Assembly (NCBI GenBank): GCA_007129055.1
Contig: SKWE01000084.1
Span: 1 to 36,836, forward strand
Source of the DNA: Syntrophomonadaceae bacterium
Lineage (GTDB): Bacteria > Bacillota > Dethiobacteria > DTU022
Direction of reading: 5' to 3'
DNA: 36,836 nucleotides
The notes under the pieces were generated by a model. The model searched no databases. It was not told the DNA's origin and saw only the letters and a program-made list of their open reading frames with translations. Positions 9,013 to 19,280 of this stretch are shown piece by piece. The position numbers were made by a program, and so were the translations under genes. The stretch's first letter is position 1. Each line of letters opens with the position of its first letter.

Positions 9013-10995
9013 ATGGATATGTTGATTTATGTTGCACCGGCCTGTGCCCTGGTTGCCCTTGTTTTTGCTCTTATTTTATGGATTAGGATGGGCAAGGTCG
9101 AAGCAGGAAGTGAGCGGATGCAGGAAATTGCTTCCGCAATTCATGAAGGGGCAATGGCCTTCATGAAACGAGAATATACTTATCTCGCTATCTTTGTTGT
9201 GGTGCTGGCTGTTGTTCTGGCAGCAATCATTAATCCGCTGACATCAGTCAGTTTCGTAGTTGGAGCTTTATTTTCGGCAACTGCTGGATATGTGGGAATG
9301 ACAGTTGCAACGAAAGCAAATGTACGCACTGCACATGCTGCCCGGTCAGGTATTAATCCTGCCCTGACTATAGCATTTTCCAGTGGAACTATAATGGGAA
9401 TGATGGTGGCCGGGCTCGGTCTTTTTGGACTGGGCATGCTTTTTATAATAATCCGTGATCCATCTGTGATCAATGGTTATGCCCTCGGTGCCAGCTCGAT
9501 TGCTCTTTTTGCCCGTGTAGGCGGTGGAATTTATACAAAAGCCGCTGATGTGGGGGCTGACCTGGTGGGCAAGGTTGAGGCTGGTATCCCTGAAGATGAT
9601 CCACGTAATGCCGGTGTTATTGCTGATAACGTGGGTGATAACGTGGGTGATGTTGCAGGCATGGGAGCGGATCTTTTTGAATCTTATGTTGGGTCAATGA
9701 TTGCAACAATGACTCTGGGAGTTGTTATTACACAAAGCATTGGTGGAGCCTTACTGCCCCTGTTAGTTGCATCAATTGGAATACTGGCATCGGTTTTTGC
9801 CTTTTTCTTTGTCAGGGCAAAAGATGGAGTTCGCTTAGGCGCAGTTTTAGAGCGCGGTATTTGGGTAAGCGCCATTGTAGTTTTAGCAGGTTCCTTTTTC
9901 CTGGTTCGTTCTTTTATCAGCCAGGGAGTATTTGAAAACTACGGTCCATTCTTTGCGGTAATTGCCGGTTTACTGGCAGGTGTAATTATTGGGCGGGTTA
10001 CCGAGTATTATACTTCAGATCATTTTAAACCGGTCCAGGATATTGCCAGGGCTTCGCTTACAGGACCGGCAACAAACATTATCAGCGGTTTGGCAGTTGG
10101 AATGAAAAGTACAGTGTTCCCAATTATTGCCATAGTTGCTGCAATTCTTGTGTCATACCAGGTAGCAGGTATTTACGGGATTGCCATATCAGCTGTCGGC
10201 ATGCTTTCAACTGTCGGCATGACAGTTGCTGTTGATGCATATGGACCTGTTGCTGATAACGCCGGTGGAATTGCTGAAATGGCAGAACTTGAACCTGAGG
10301 TGCGTGAGATTACCGACCAGCTTGATTCTTTAGGGAATACCACTGCTGCAATCGGGAAGGGCTTTGCAATTGGTTCAGCAGCCCTTACTGCCCTGGCCCT
10401 TTTTACCGCTTATGCACAGGTTGCCGGATTAAGTGTAATTGATATAACAAGTCCCCGGGTTATTGCCGGTCTTCTAATCGGCGGGATGCTAACCTACTTC
10501 TTTACATCCAGGACAATGGAAGCTGTAGGCAACGCAGCCTTTTCACTGATTGAAGAGATACGCCGCCAGTTTAAGGAAATTGAAGGTTTGATGGAGGGCA
10601 AGGCAAAACCTGAATACGCGCGTTGCGTTGATATAAGTACCAGGGCAGCCCTGAAGGAAATGGTTGTCCCCGGTTTAATGGCTGTAATAGTTCCACTTGC
10701 GGTAGGTTTAATACCGTTTCTTGGCAAAGAGGCGCTTGGAGGTTTATTGGCCGGGGCCCTGGTAACCGGTGTATTGCAGGCTATAAACATGGCGAATGCC
10801 GGCGGCGCCTGGGATAATGCCAAGAAGTATATAGAAGCAGGGCACCATGGTGGAAAGGGAAGCGAACCACACAAAGCTGCCGTAGTTGGAGATACTGTTG
10901 GCGATCCATTCAAAGATACAGCAGGCCCTTCGCTGAATATATTAATTAAGCTGATGAGTATAGTAGCTTTGGTATTTGCACCACTATTCTTCTAA
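9013..10995 (+). CDS. hppA: Membrane-integral ion-translocating pyrophosphatase (K+-dependent type)
   Basis: 660-aa polytopic protein with [38 protein letters not shown] and [21 protein letters not shown] motifs. Confidence 0.95.
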   Translation: MDMLIYVAPACALVALVFALILWIRMGKVEAGSERMQEIASAIHEGAMAFMKREYTYLAIFVVVLAVVLAAIINPLTSVSFVVGALFSATAGYVGMTVATKANVRTAHAARSGINPALTIAFSSGTIMGMMVAGLGLFGLGMLFIIIRDPSVINGYALGASSIALFARVGGGIYTKAADVGADLVGKVEAGIPEDDPRNAGVIADNVGDNVGDVAGMGADLFESYVGSMIATMTLGVVITQSIGGALLPLLVASIGILASVFAFFFVRAKDGVRLGAVLERGIWVSAIVVLAGSFFLVRSFISQGVFENYGPFFAVIAGLLAGVIIGRVTEYYTSDHFKPVQDIARASLTGPATNIISGLAVGMKSTVFPIIAIVAAILVSYQVAGIYGIAISAVGMLSTVGMTVAVDAYGPVADNAGGIAEMAELEPEVREITDQLDSLGNTTAAIGKGFAIGSAALTALALFTAYAQVAGLSVIDITSPRVIAGLLIGGMLTYFFTSRTMEAVGNAAFSLIEEIRRQFKEIEGLMEGKAKPEYARCVDISTRAALKEMVVPGLMAVIVPLAVGLIPFLGKEALGGLLAGALVTGVLQAINMANAGGAWDNAKKYIEAGHHGGKGSEPHKAAVVGDTVGDPFKDTAGPSLNILIKLMSIVALVFAPLFF

Positions 10996-11004
10996 ATCAT
11001 GGAG

Positions 11005-11035
11005 AAGCCCGGCTTAGGCCGGGTTTCTTTTTTTT
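11005..11035 (+). terminator. Rho-independent terminator after hppA
   Basis: A 9-bp GC-rich stem AAGCCCGGC/GCCGGGUUU with loop UUAG is followed by a CUUUUUUUUU tract. Confidence 0.85.
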
Positions 11036-11050
11036 AAAGGGGATTTCAGG

Positions 11051-12085
11051 ATGGCAGATGGAATGGACTATAAAAAAGCCGGTGTTGATATTGAAGCAGG
11101 TGAAGCTGCTGTTGAGCGGATCAAGGTTTTGGCCCGGTCAACATTCAGGCCAGAAGTTTTGCAGGAACTGGGCGGATTTGGGGGTTTATTCGCCCCTCAG
11201 CTTGAAGGCATAGCTGAACCGGTTTTAGTTGCCGGGGCGGATGGTGTTGGTACCAAACTGAAGATTGCCTTCGCTTCAGAGAGGCATGGCACTGTTGGTA
11301 TAGACTGTGTGGCTATGTGCGTGAATGACATTTTGGTTCAGGGTGCAGAACCTCTCTTTTTCCTGGACTATCTGGCTGTCGGCAAACTGATTCCCACCCA
11401 GGTGGAAGAAATTATTAGTGGCGTAGCTGAAGGGTGCCGCCAGGCAGGATGCGCACTGCTGGGGGGGGAAACTGCCGAAATGCCCGGTTTTTATACCCGT
11501 AATGAATATGATCTGGCTGGTTTTGCAGTAGGTATGGTTGACAAATCTGCTGTTATTGATGGATCAGGCATCATGGAAGGGGACGCCGTAATTGGTATAG
11601 CATCGACAGGCTTACACAGCAATGGTTACTCGCTGGCCCGCAAAGTATTGCTCGAAGACGCTGCCCTGGTGTTAACGGATAATCAGTCTGCCCTGGGAAT
11701 AACTCTTGCGGAGGAGTTATTAAAACCGACACGAATTTACGTAAAACCGGTATTGCAATTATTAAATAAGCATAATATCAAGGGTATGGCAAATATAACG
11801 GGCGGCGGCTTGCCAGGCAATCTACCCCGTGTATTGCCTGATGGACTGCAAGTCGAAGTCTTAGATGGATCATGGCCGGTCCATGCCATATTTGATTTAA
11901 TCAAAGAGCTTGGTTCGATTCACAGGGAAGAAATGTTCCGTGCTTTCAATATGGGGATTGGGTTTTCGCTCTATGTTGCTGAAGAAGTCGTAGAAAATGT
12001 TATTAAGGATTTAACAGAAGAAGGTATTGATGCTTACAAAATTGGTATGGTAACAAAGGGTCACTCCGGCTGTATATTTAAGTAA
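11051..12085 (+). CDS. purM: AIR synthetase
   Basis: 344 aa with the motifs YKKAGVDIEAG and DGVGTKLKIA. Confidence 0.95.
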   Translation: MADGMDYKKAGVDIEAGEAAVERIKVLARSTFRPEVLQELGGFGGLFAPQLEGIAEPVLVAGADGVGTKLKIAFASERHGTVGIDCVAMCVNDILVQGAEPLFFLDYLAVGKLIPTQVEEIISGVAEGCRQAGCALLGGETAEMPGFYTRNEYDLAGFAVGMVDKSAVIDGSGIMEGDAVIGIASTGLHSNGYSLARKVLLEDAALVLTDNQSALGITLAEELLKPTRIYVKPVLQLLNKHNIKGMANITGGGLPGNLPRVLPDGLQVEVLDGSWPVHAIFDLIKELGSIHREEMFRAFNMGIGFSLYVAEEVVENVIKDLTEEGIDAYKIGMVTKGHSGCIFK

Positions 12086-12179
12086 GCATGCTAGTAGCTC
12101 TAACCCAAGTTTTTGCTTAAAGGAATTGCAAATAAAAAAGTCGAAATATAAAAGAGAAAACCTGCCTGGAGGAATCTAT

Positions 12180-12785
12180 ATGAAACGTGTTGCCGTCCTG
12201 GCTTCAGGTTTTGGCAGCAACCTGGAAGCTATATTGGAGGCCCAGTCAAGAGCTGAAATACAGGGTAAAGTAGTTTTGGTAATCAGTGATCGGAGAGATG
12301 CAAAGGCCCTTGAAAGAGCTGAAAAACGAGGAATTAAAAATTTATTTATTGACCCTCGGAATTATGACGATCGGGAGAATTACGATCTTGCCCTGGCTGA
12401 AATTTTAAAGAGTGAAGAAGTAGATCTCGTTGTGTTAGCAGGTTTTATGAGGTTGCTCACCCCTTATTTTATAAAATCATTTCCATTGAAAATAATAAAC
12501 ATCCACCCCTCGCTTCTGCCGTCTTTTCCTGGAACTGACGGAATAGAACAAGCTTACGCTCACGGTGTGAAAGTGTCCGGATGCACGGTTCATTTTGTAG
12601 ATGAAGGGCTGGATAGCGGCCCAATTATATTGCAGGAATCAGTCCCCCTCATCCAGGAAGAGTCAATAGAAACCCTTAAACAGAGAATCCAGGCATTGGA
12701 GCACCGTCTATATCCTATTGCAATAGATCTATTTTGTCGTGAAAAGCTTCAGGTTAACGGAAGAAGGTGCTATATTGTCGAGTGA
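12180..12785 (+). CDS. purN: GAR formyltransferase
   Basis: Starts MKRVAVLASGFGSNLEAIL and contains NIHPSLLP. GGAGG at 12169-12173 supports the ATG at 12180 rather than the TTG at 12126. Confidence 0.93.
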   Translation: MKRVAVLASGFGSNLEAILEAQSRAEIQGKVVLVISDRRDAKALERAEKRGIKNLFIDPRNYDDRENYDLALAEILKSEEVDLVVLAGFMRLLTPYFIKSFPLKIINIHPSLLPSFPGTDGIEQAYAHGVKVSGCTVHFVDEGLDSGPIILQESVPLIQEESIETLKQRIQALEHRLYPIAIDLFCREKLQVNGRRCYIVE

Positions 12786-14325
12786 AAAACGTAGAGCTTT
12801 AATCAGTGTTTCAGACAAAACTGGAATTATAGATCTGGCTCGTGAGCTAACAGAGCTTGGTTATGAGATAGTTTCTACAGGGGGCACTGCCCGTACACTT
12901 CGGGATGCAAGTATTTCTGTAACCGAGGCAGCAGATGTAACGGGTTTCCCCGAGATACTGGGAGGCAGGGTTAAAACACTGCATCCATTAATTCATGGCG
13001 CTATACTGGCCAGGTTAGACCTGCCGGAACAGCAGAATGAACTTGAAGAGCACGGTATTATTCCTTTTGAAATTGTTGTCGTTAATCTATATCCTTTTGA
13101 AGAAACAGTAGCACGGGATGGAGTGCGCCTGGAAGAAGCGATCGAGAATATTGATATCGGGGGGCCGGCAATGCTGCGCGCTGCAGCTAAAAATCATAAT
13201 CACGTGGCCGTTATGGTAAACCCAGCGCGTTATAACAGCCTTTTAGATGAGATAAAAGCTGAGGGTTCTGTAGGAAAGAGCACACGCTGTAAGCTCGCAG
13301 CAGAAGCATTTGCGCATACAGCAGCATATGATGCTGCTATAACAAAATATTTAAACACATTATACGAATACCAGGCAGAAAAATATCCGGAATATCTTCC
13401 AATGGCATTCAAAAAAATTCAAGACTTGCGCTATGGTGAAAACCCGCAGCAGTTGGCGGCATTTTATGCAGACAGTGGTCCATTGACGGGACTGGCAGCA
13501 GCAAGGCAGCTGCAGGGTAAAGAACTTTCATTTAATAACATAAATGATTTAAATGCCGCTTTGGAACTAGTACTCGAGTTTGACGATCCCACGGTAGTGG
13601 CGGTAAAGCATGCCAACCCATGTGGAGTAGGCTCAGGCCCTACCATATTTGAAGCATACAACCTTGCTTACGATGCGGATCCTGTTTCAATATTCGGTGG
13701 TGTATTAGCTCTAAACAGGCCCGTCGGAGCGGCAACGGCAAGGGTAATGGTTGAGATATTTTTAGAGGTAATAGCTGCTCCGGGATTCACAGCTGAAGCA
13801 TTGGAAATATTAAAAGAAAAAAGCGATATTCGTTTACTTGATATTCAATTGCCAGAACGTAGGCGAAATGACTTTGATTTGAAAAAAGTAATTGGCGGCA
13901 TGCTAACCCAAACCTTAGATCGCGAAAAAGTAGATGTAAGGCAGGGAACTGTAGTTACAGAAAAAAAACCAGGTGATGAAGAATGGAAAGCTTTAGATTT
14001 TGCTCAAAAAGTAGTTAAACATGTTCGTTCAAACGCAATAGTGGTAGCCGGCAGCAACCAGACTTTCGGGGTAGGAGCAGGGCAGATGAACAGGATCGGG
14101 GCAGCAAAAATTGCCCTTGCACAGGCAGGTGAAAAAGCCAGGGGAGCAGTGCTTGGTTCCGATGCTTTTTTCCCATTTCCAGATACTGTAGATGAAGCAG
14201 CCAAAGCAGGGATCAAAGCAATTGTACAACCCGGTGGTTCATTAAGAGATGAAGAATCTATCAGGCTTTGTAACCAACTTGGACTGGTCATGGTCTTCAC
14301 CGGGAGAAGGTATTTTAAACATTAG
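12775..14325 (+). CDS. purH: Bifunctional AICAR formyltransferase / IMP cyclohydrolase (start TTG 12775, alternative GTG 12739)
   Basis: RRALISVSDKTGI sits near the N-terminus and the C-terminus is VFTGRRYFKH. A GAAGGTG RBS precedes the TTG at 12775, giving a canonical N-terminal length. Confidence 0.93.
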   Translation: MSSEKRRALISVSDKTGIIDLARELTELGYEIVSTGGTARTLRDASISVTEAADVTGFPEILGGRVKTLHPLIHGAILARLDLPEQQNELEEHGIIPFEIVVVNLYPFEETVARDGVRLEEAIENIDIGGPAMLRAAAKNHNHVAVMVNPARYNSLLDEIKAEGSVGKSTRCKLAAEAFAHTAAYDAAITKYLNTLYEYQAEKYPEYLPMAFKKIQDLRYGENPQQLAAFYADSGPLTGLAAARQLQGKELSFNNINDLNAALELVLEFDDPTVVAVKHANPCGVGSGPTIFEAYNLAYDADPVSIFGGVLALNRPVGAATARVMVEIFLEVIAAPGFTAEALEILKEKSDIRLLDIQLPERRRNDFDLKKVIGGMLTQTLDREKVDVRQGTVVTEKKPGDEEWKALDFAQKVVKHVRSNAIVVAGSNQTFGVGAGQMNRIGAAKIALAQAGEKARGAVLGSDAFFPFPDTVDEAAKAGIKAIVQPGGSLRDEESIRLCNQLGLVMVFTGRRYFKH

Positions 14326-14336
14326 GGGGTATACAA

Positions 14337-15623
14337 ATGCGCGTATTAATAGTTGGCAGCGGGGGCCGTGAACACACTCTGGCCTGGAAATTGGCCCAGA
14401 GTCCACTCCTGGAAAAACTGTATTGTGCCCCTGGAAATGCCGGTATAGCAAAGCTGGCAGAATGTATTGATATTCAGGCTGATAATATTGGTGGTTTAAA
14501 AGATTGGGCCCAGAAACAGAAAATAGATTTAACTGTAGTAGGACCGGAAGTGCCCCTGGTAATGGGCCTTGCCGACCAGTTCAGGGCTGTTGGCTTAAAG
14601 GTTTTTGGGCCAGGGGAAAAAGGGGCAATGCTTGAAGGAAGCAAAGTATGGGCGAAACGAAAAATGAAAAAATGGGGCATACCTACAGCAGACTTTACTA
14701 TATTTGATGATTTTGATGATGCAAGAAGGCACCTGGCCCGTTTTTACGGAGGTGCAGTTGTAATTAAGGCCGATGGCCTGGCCGCCGGAAAGGGTGTTAC
14801 CGTAGCCTCCGGACCGGAAGAGGCTGAGCAGGCTTTATACGATATTCTGGTTGAAAGGGTTTTTGGCGATGCGGGCAACCGGGTAGTGATAGAAAACTGC
14901 CTGAGCGGTGAAGAGGTGTCTGTTTTAGCGATCACTGACGGTAAAAAGTTAACTATTTTACCATCCGCTCAGGACCATAAAGCGATATTTGAAGGAGACA
15001 AAGGGCCCAATACTGGTGGTATGGGTGCATATTCACCTGCGCCGATTTACACGGATAAGATGGCCAATAAAACAATAGAAAAGGTTTTTAAACCGCTGCT
15101 TAAAGGATTCCAGGATGATGGTATTAATTTCAGCGGTGTCATATATGCCGGACTGATGGTGTCTGCAGATGATTTTAATGTTCTCGAATTTAATGTGCGG
15201 TTTGGTGATCCCGAAACACAGGCAATTATACCACGGATGCAATCGGATCTTTTACCCTTGTTAGCTGCTTCTGCAGAGGGCGATTTAAAAGATATTGAGC
15301 CGCGCTGGAAGGATGAGCACGCTGTATGTGTGGTTATATCCTCCGGGGGGTATCCGGGAGAATATAAAACGGGCTATCCAATAGAAGGCCTTGCAGATTT
15401 AGAGAAAGAAAAAGATGATAAAGCAGCAGTATTTCATGCTGGTACTGCTTTAAAAGATGGCTGGATAATTACAGCTGGCGGGCGAGTGGTAGGTGTGACT
15501 GCCTGGGACAGTAACTTAAACGGAGCCCTTAAACGCGTATATGGGGTAGCAGAAAAAATCAGGTTTGAAGGTGCTTACTACCGGCGAGACATTGCTCACA
15601 GGGCTCTTAAACATTATAAGTAA
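14337..15623 (+). CDS. purD: GAR synthetase
   Basis: 428 aa starting MRVLIVGSGGREHTLAWKL, with ATP-grasp motifs. Confidence 0.95.
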   Translation: MRVLIVGSGGREHTLAWKLAQSPLLEKLYCAPGNAGIAKLAECIDIQADNIGGLKDWAQKQKIDLTVVGPEVPLVMGLADQFRAVGLKVFGPGEKGAMLEGSKVWAKRKMKKWGIPTADFTIFDDFDDARRHLARFYGGAVVIKADGLAAGKGVTVASGPEEAEQALYDILVERVFGDAGNRVVIENCLSGEEVSVLAITDGKKLTILPSAQDHKAIFEGDKGPNTGGMGAYSPAPIYTDKMANKTIEKVFKPLLKGFQDDGINFSGVIYAGLMVSADDFNVLEFNVRFGDPETQAIIPRMQSDLLPLLAASAEGDLKDIEPRWKDEHAVCVVISSGGYPGEYKTGYPIEGLADLEKEKDDKAAVFHAGTALKDGWIITAGGRVVGVTAWDSNLNGALKRVYGVAEKIRFEGAYYRRDIAHRALKHYK

Positions 15624-15638
15624 AGAGGTGTAACTATT

Positions 15639-16820
15639 ATGGAGTCTTCTGTAGTTGTCGGTTTTGCACGCACGCCTTTCGGCCGATTTATGGGTGGATT
15701 AAAGGACATCCCGGCAGTTGATCTGGGCGCCGCTGTTGTCAGGGAAGCGTTAAAGCGTTCCGGAGCCTCAACTGATCATGTTGAAAATGTTATACTGGGC
15801 ATGGTTGTGCAGGCAGGAGCAGGCCAGATACCTTCAAGGCAGGCAACTATAAAAGCCGGTCTTTCTCATACGGTTCCATCGGAAACTATCAATAAAGTTT
15901 GCGCCTCTGGCTTAAGGGCGGTTAATATTTGTGACATGATGATTAAGGCTGGTGAAGGAAAGCTGCACATCGCAGGCGGTATGGAAAACATGAGTGCAGT
16001 TCCGTATTTTGTGCCAGGTTTGAGACGCGGAAGCCGCATGGGAGATTCTGAGATGATTGATGGAATGATCCATGATGGGTTATGGTGTCCATTTCACAAT
16101 GTTCACATGGGGGTTCACGGAAGTGAAGTCCCGGCGGAACATGGTATAACCAGGCAGGCTATGGATGAATGGTCGCTGCGCAGCCATCAACTTGCTGTAA
16201 CAGCTAACGGTAAAGGCTTGTTTAAAGATGAAATCACTGCTATTGAAGTGCCAGTTAAGAAAGGCGATCCGGTTATTTTAGATACTGATGAACTTCCGAG
16301 AAGTGATACAAGCCTTGAAAAACTGGCCAAATTACCGCCAGCTTTTAATAAAAATGGGCTGATAACCGCCGGTAATGCGCCTGCAATTAGCGATGGTGCA
16401 GCAGCACTGGTTTTGGTTTCCCGCGAGAGGGCCAGGGAATTAGGTTTAAACCCCCTGGCAGAAATTGTTTCACATGCTACAGCCTCGCTGGAACCACGAT
16501 ATATCGCTACCGTGCCGTATGAAGCTGCCGAAAAAGCTCTTAAAAAAGCTAGCTTAACAATTGAGCAGATAGACATGATTGAGGTTAACGAAGCCTTTGC
16601 TGCAGTCGCACTTACCTGCATGAAGCTCGGTGGATGGGATGAAAAGATTGTTAATGTTAACGGGGGTGCAGTTGCCATTGGGCACCCGATCGGAGCAAGT
16701 GGTGCTAGGATATTGATGACTTTAATCGCAGAACTAAGACGTCGTGGAGGAGGATACGGACTTGCTACTATATGCAGTGGAGCTGCCCAGGGTGAGGCTA
16801 CCATAATTAAGGTTTATTGA
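15639..16820 (+). CDS. Acetyl-CoA C-acetyltransferase (thiolase II)
   Basis: 393 aa with the active-site motif NKVCASGLRA and C-terminal NVNGGAVAIGHPIGASGARIL and GLATICSG. Confidence 0.9.
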   Translation: MESSVVVGFARTPFGRFMGGLKDIPAVDLGAAVVREALKRSGASTDHVENVILGMVVQAGAGQIPSRQATIKAGLSHTVPSETINKVCASGLRAVNICDMMIKAGEGKLHIAGGMENMSAVPYFVPGLRRGSRMGDSEMIDGMIHDGLWCPFHNVHMGVHGSEVPAEHGITRQAMDEWSLRSHQLAVTANGKGLFKDEITAIEVPVKKGDPVILDTDELPRSDTSLEKLAKLPPAFNKNGLITAGNAPAISDGAAALVLVSRERARELGLNPLAEIVSHATASLEPRYIATVPYEAAEKALKKASLTIEQIDMIEVNEAFAAVALTCMKLGGWDEKIVNVNGGAVAIGHPIGASGARILMTLIAELRRRGGGYGLATICSGAAQGEATIIKVY

Positions 16821-16900
16821 TTAAGGTATGGCTTTTTAAGATAAAATATAGATAAACAGGTTGGTTAAATGAATGCTAGCTTGTTTAGGAGATTATAAAT

Positions 16901-18028
16901 ATGTTCTTTAGCCTTTTGGAAGAGATGCATAAAAAGAGAGACGAATACAGGTGTTTTGCAGAAAATGAACTTGATGAGGGAGATCATTTTCCATATGAAA
17001 ACCTGGCAAAGGCAGCCGAACGTGGTTACATGGGCTGCCCCATTCCCAGGGAATGGGGAGGTATGGGAGAGAGTTTTTTAAGTTATACCTTACTGATTGA
17101 AGAAATATCACGTGTATGCGCTTCTACAGGAGTTATTATGGCAGTTCATACATCAGTTGGTACTTATCCTATCCTTTATTTTGGCAGTGATGATCAAAAA
17201 AACAGTTATCTGCCCGGTTTAGCCAGGGGTGAACTGCTGGGGGCCTTTGCTCTAACTGAAGCCGGGGCTGGTTCTGATGCAGCTGCACTTTCGACAACCG
17301 CAACTGCAGTCGATGGAGGTTACCTGATAAACGGTTGCAAGCTGTTTATTACTGCAGGCGGTGAAGCAGATCTTTATCTGGTTTTTGCAACACTGGACCA
17401 ATCGCAGGGGGTTAAAGGGATTACAGCTTTCCTGGTGGAAAAATCTTCTGCAGGCCTGACCGCTGGAAAACCGGAAAAGAAAATGGGATTAAACAGGTCA
17501 CACACAACAGAATTGAGGATGGATGATCTTTTTGTTCCCACCGGTAGCAGGCTGGGTAAGGAAGGTGAAGGTTTTAAAATTGCAATGTCTCTGCTGGATG
17601 GAGGAAGGATAGGAATATCGGCCCAGGCCTTGGGTTTGGCAGGTGCTGCGATAGATTTTACAGTAGGCGATATGAAATCCCGGGAAAAAGAAGGTTTTAA
17701 AGTGGAGCAGAATGCAGCCTTTATCATTGCAGATCTTGCAACCAGGTTTGAAGCCGCCCGTCTGCTCTCTTACAGTGCTGCTTCTGTTAAACAATCCGGT
17801 GAACGCTGCACAAAGGAGGCATCAATGGCTAAGATGTTTGCATCTGATCTTGCCGTTGAAGCTGCAACAAAATGCCTTGACCTTTGTAGAATCGAAAAGA
17901 GAACAAGCGACAGCCCTCTATCAAGATATTTCTGCGATGCAAAGGTAACCCAGATTTATGAAGGGTCAAATCAAATCCAACGAATTGTAATTGCAAGGGA
18001 ACTAACGAAAATAACTGGATTGGCTTAA
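16901..18028 (+). CDS. Acyl-CoA dehydrogenase paralog with a diverged C-terminal domain
   Basis: 375 aa. The N-terminal and middle domains are conserved ([25 protein letters not shown]) and IYEGSNQIQ is retained. The REQFG and GGYGY motifs seen in the neighbouring paralog are replaced. Confidence 0.8.
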   Translation: MFFSLLEEMHKKRDEYRCFAENELDEGDHFPYENLAKAAERGYMGCPIPREWGGMGESFLSYTLLIEEISRVCASTGVIMAVHTSVGTYPILYFGSDDQKNSYLPGLARGELLGAFALTEAGAGSDAAALSTTATAVDGGYLINGCKLFITAGGEADLYLVFATLDQSQGVKGITAFLVEKSSAGLTAGKPEKKMGLNRSHTTELRMDDLFVPTGSRLGKEGEGFKIAMSLLDGGRIGISAQALGLAGAAIDFTVGDMKSREKEGFKVEQNAAFIIADLATRFEAARLLSYSAASVKQSGERCTKEASMAKMFASDLAVEAATKCLDLCRIEKRTSDSPLSRYFCDAKVTQIYEGSNQIQRIVIARELTKITGLA

Positions 18029-18099
18029 TAATCCGGGTTTAAGGGTGAAAATTATTTCCGGATATTTTATAAGAAAAGAGCTATGAGGAGGATAAAATA

Positions 18100-19239
18100 A
18101 TGAATTTTGTTTTAACTGAAGAACAGGAAATGACCCGTAAGATGGTCCGTGATTTTGCAGAGAATGAAGTAAAGCCCGGTGCGGAGGAACGTGATGATAA
18201 AGAGGAGTTTTCAAGAGAACTATTTGATAAAATGGGAGAGCTTGGTTTGACAGGAATCCCCTGGCCTGAAGAATACGGTGGCGGAGAATGTGACTTTATA
18301 AGTTATGTAATTGCCGTTGAGGAACTTTCAAGAGTTGATGCCTCAGCAGGAACAACCCTTTCAGCCCATACCTCGCTAGCCGGTTGGCCTGTTTACAAGT
18401 ATGGAAGTGACGAACAGAAGAAAAAATTTCTTGAACCAATGGCCCTGGGGGAAAAATTAGGAGCATATGCTCTTACGGAAGCAACAGCCGGGACTGATGC
18501 TGCCAATCAGAAAACAACTGCTGTTTTAGACGGAGACAGCTATGTTTTAAACGGTAACAAAATATTTATAACCAACGGTGGGGACGCAGAAATTAATATT
18601 GTATTTGCCGTTACAGATAAGGAGAAAAAAGCAAAAGGGGTTAGCGCATTTATAGTGGAAAAAGGAACTCCAGGTTTTTCTTTTGGCAAAAAAGAACGAA
18701 AGATGGGCTTGCGGTCTTCACCAACGCTGGAATTGATTTTCGAAAACTGTCGTGTTCCGAAAGAAAACCTTCTCGGACAGGAAGGTGAAGGTTTTAAGAT
18801 TGCCATGAGTACCCTGGATGGTGGAAGGAATGGGATTGCGGCTCAGGCTGTTGGTATTGCCCAGGGAGCACTGGAAGAGGCGGCAGCATATGCCAAGAGC
18901 AGGGAACAATTTGGGCAACCGATTTCTAATTTCCAGGCAATATCATTTATGCTGGCTGATATGGCAACTAAAATAGAGGCAGCCCGCCTGCTTACATACC
19001 AGGCAGCATATCTAGAAAATGAGGGCTTGCCTTATGGGAAAGCGTCAGCAATGGCTAAACTTTATGCTGCGGAGACAGCCATGGAAGTGACTACAAATGC
19101 AGTTCAAATTTTCGGGGGATATGGTTATACGCGCGATTATCCTGTAGAAAGATTTATGCGTGATGCAAAAATAACACAGATTTACGAAGGAACCAGTGAA
19201 GTGCAGCGCCTGGTTATTTCAAGATACCTGCTTTCCTGA
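18100..19239 (+). CDS. bcd: Short-chain (butyryl-CoA-type) acyl-CoA dehydrogenase
   Basis: 379 aa with canonical ACAD motifs [54 protein letters not shown]. Confidence 0.9.
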   Translation: MNFVLTEEQEMTRKMVRDFAENEVKPGAEERDDKEEFSRELFDKMGELGLTGIPWPEEYGGGECDFISYVIAVEELSRVDASAGTTLSAHTSLAGWPVYKYGSDEQKKKFLEPMALGEKLGAYALTEATAGTDAANQKTTAVLDGDSYVLNGNKIFITNGGDAEINIVFAVTDKEKKAKGVSAFIVEKGTPGFSFGKKERKMGLRSSPTLELIFENCRVPKENLLGQEGEGFKIAMSTLDGGRNGIAAQAVGIAQGALEEAAAYAKSREQFGQPISNFQAISFMLADMATKIEAARLLTYQAAYLENEGLPYGKASAMAKLYAAETAMEVTTNAVQIFGGYGYTRDYPVERFMRDAKITQIYEGTSEVQRLVISRYLLS

Positions 19240-19280
19240 TACCTTTGATAGCAGATAAGAATGTGAAAGGAGTTTAAATA

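Noticed and set aside
9625-9648. A perfect 12-bp tandem duplication, GATAACGTGGGT x2.
   Set aside because: It encodes the universally conserved DNVGDNVGD motif of membrane pyrophosphatases. It is not a repeat element or slippage artefact.
16187-16804. Long antisense ORFs (16187-16804, 29864-30559, 36007-36690, 6926-7423, 10494-10913 and many shorter ones).
   Set aside because: All lie fully inside strongly supported sense-strand genes and have low-complexity Ala/Ser/Pro-rich translations. They have no RBS. They are typical shadow ORFs.
17712-17948. A + strand alternative-frame ORF inside the diverged acyl-CoA dehydrogenase, examined as possible evidence of a compensated frameshift explaining the lost motifs.
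   Set aside because: Its translation shows no ACAD-like motifs (no GGYGY or QFG), so it does not rescue the missing segments.
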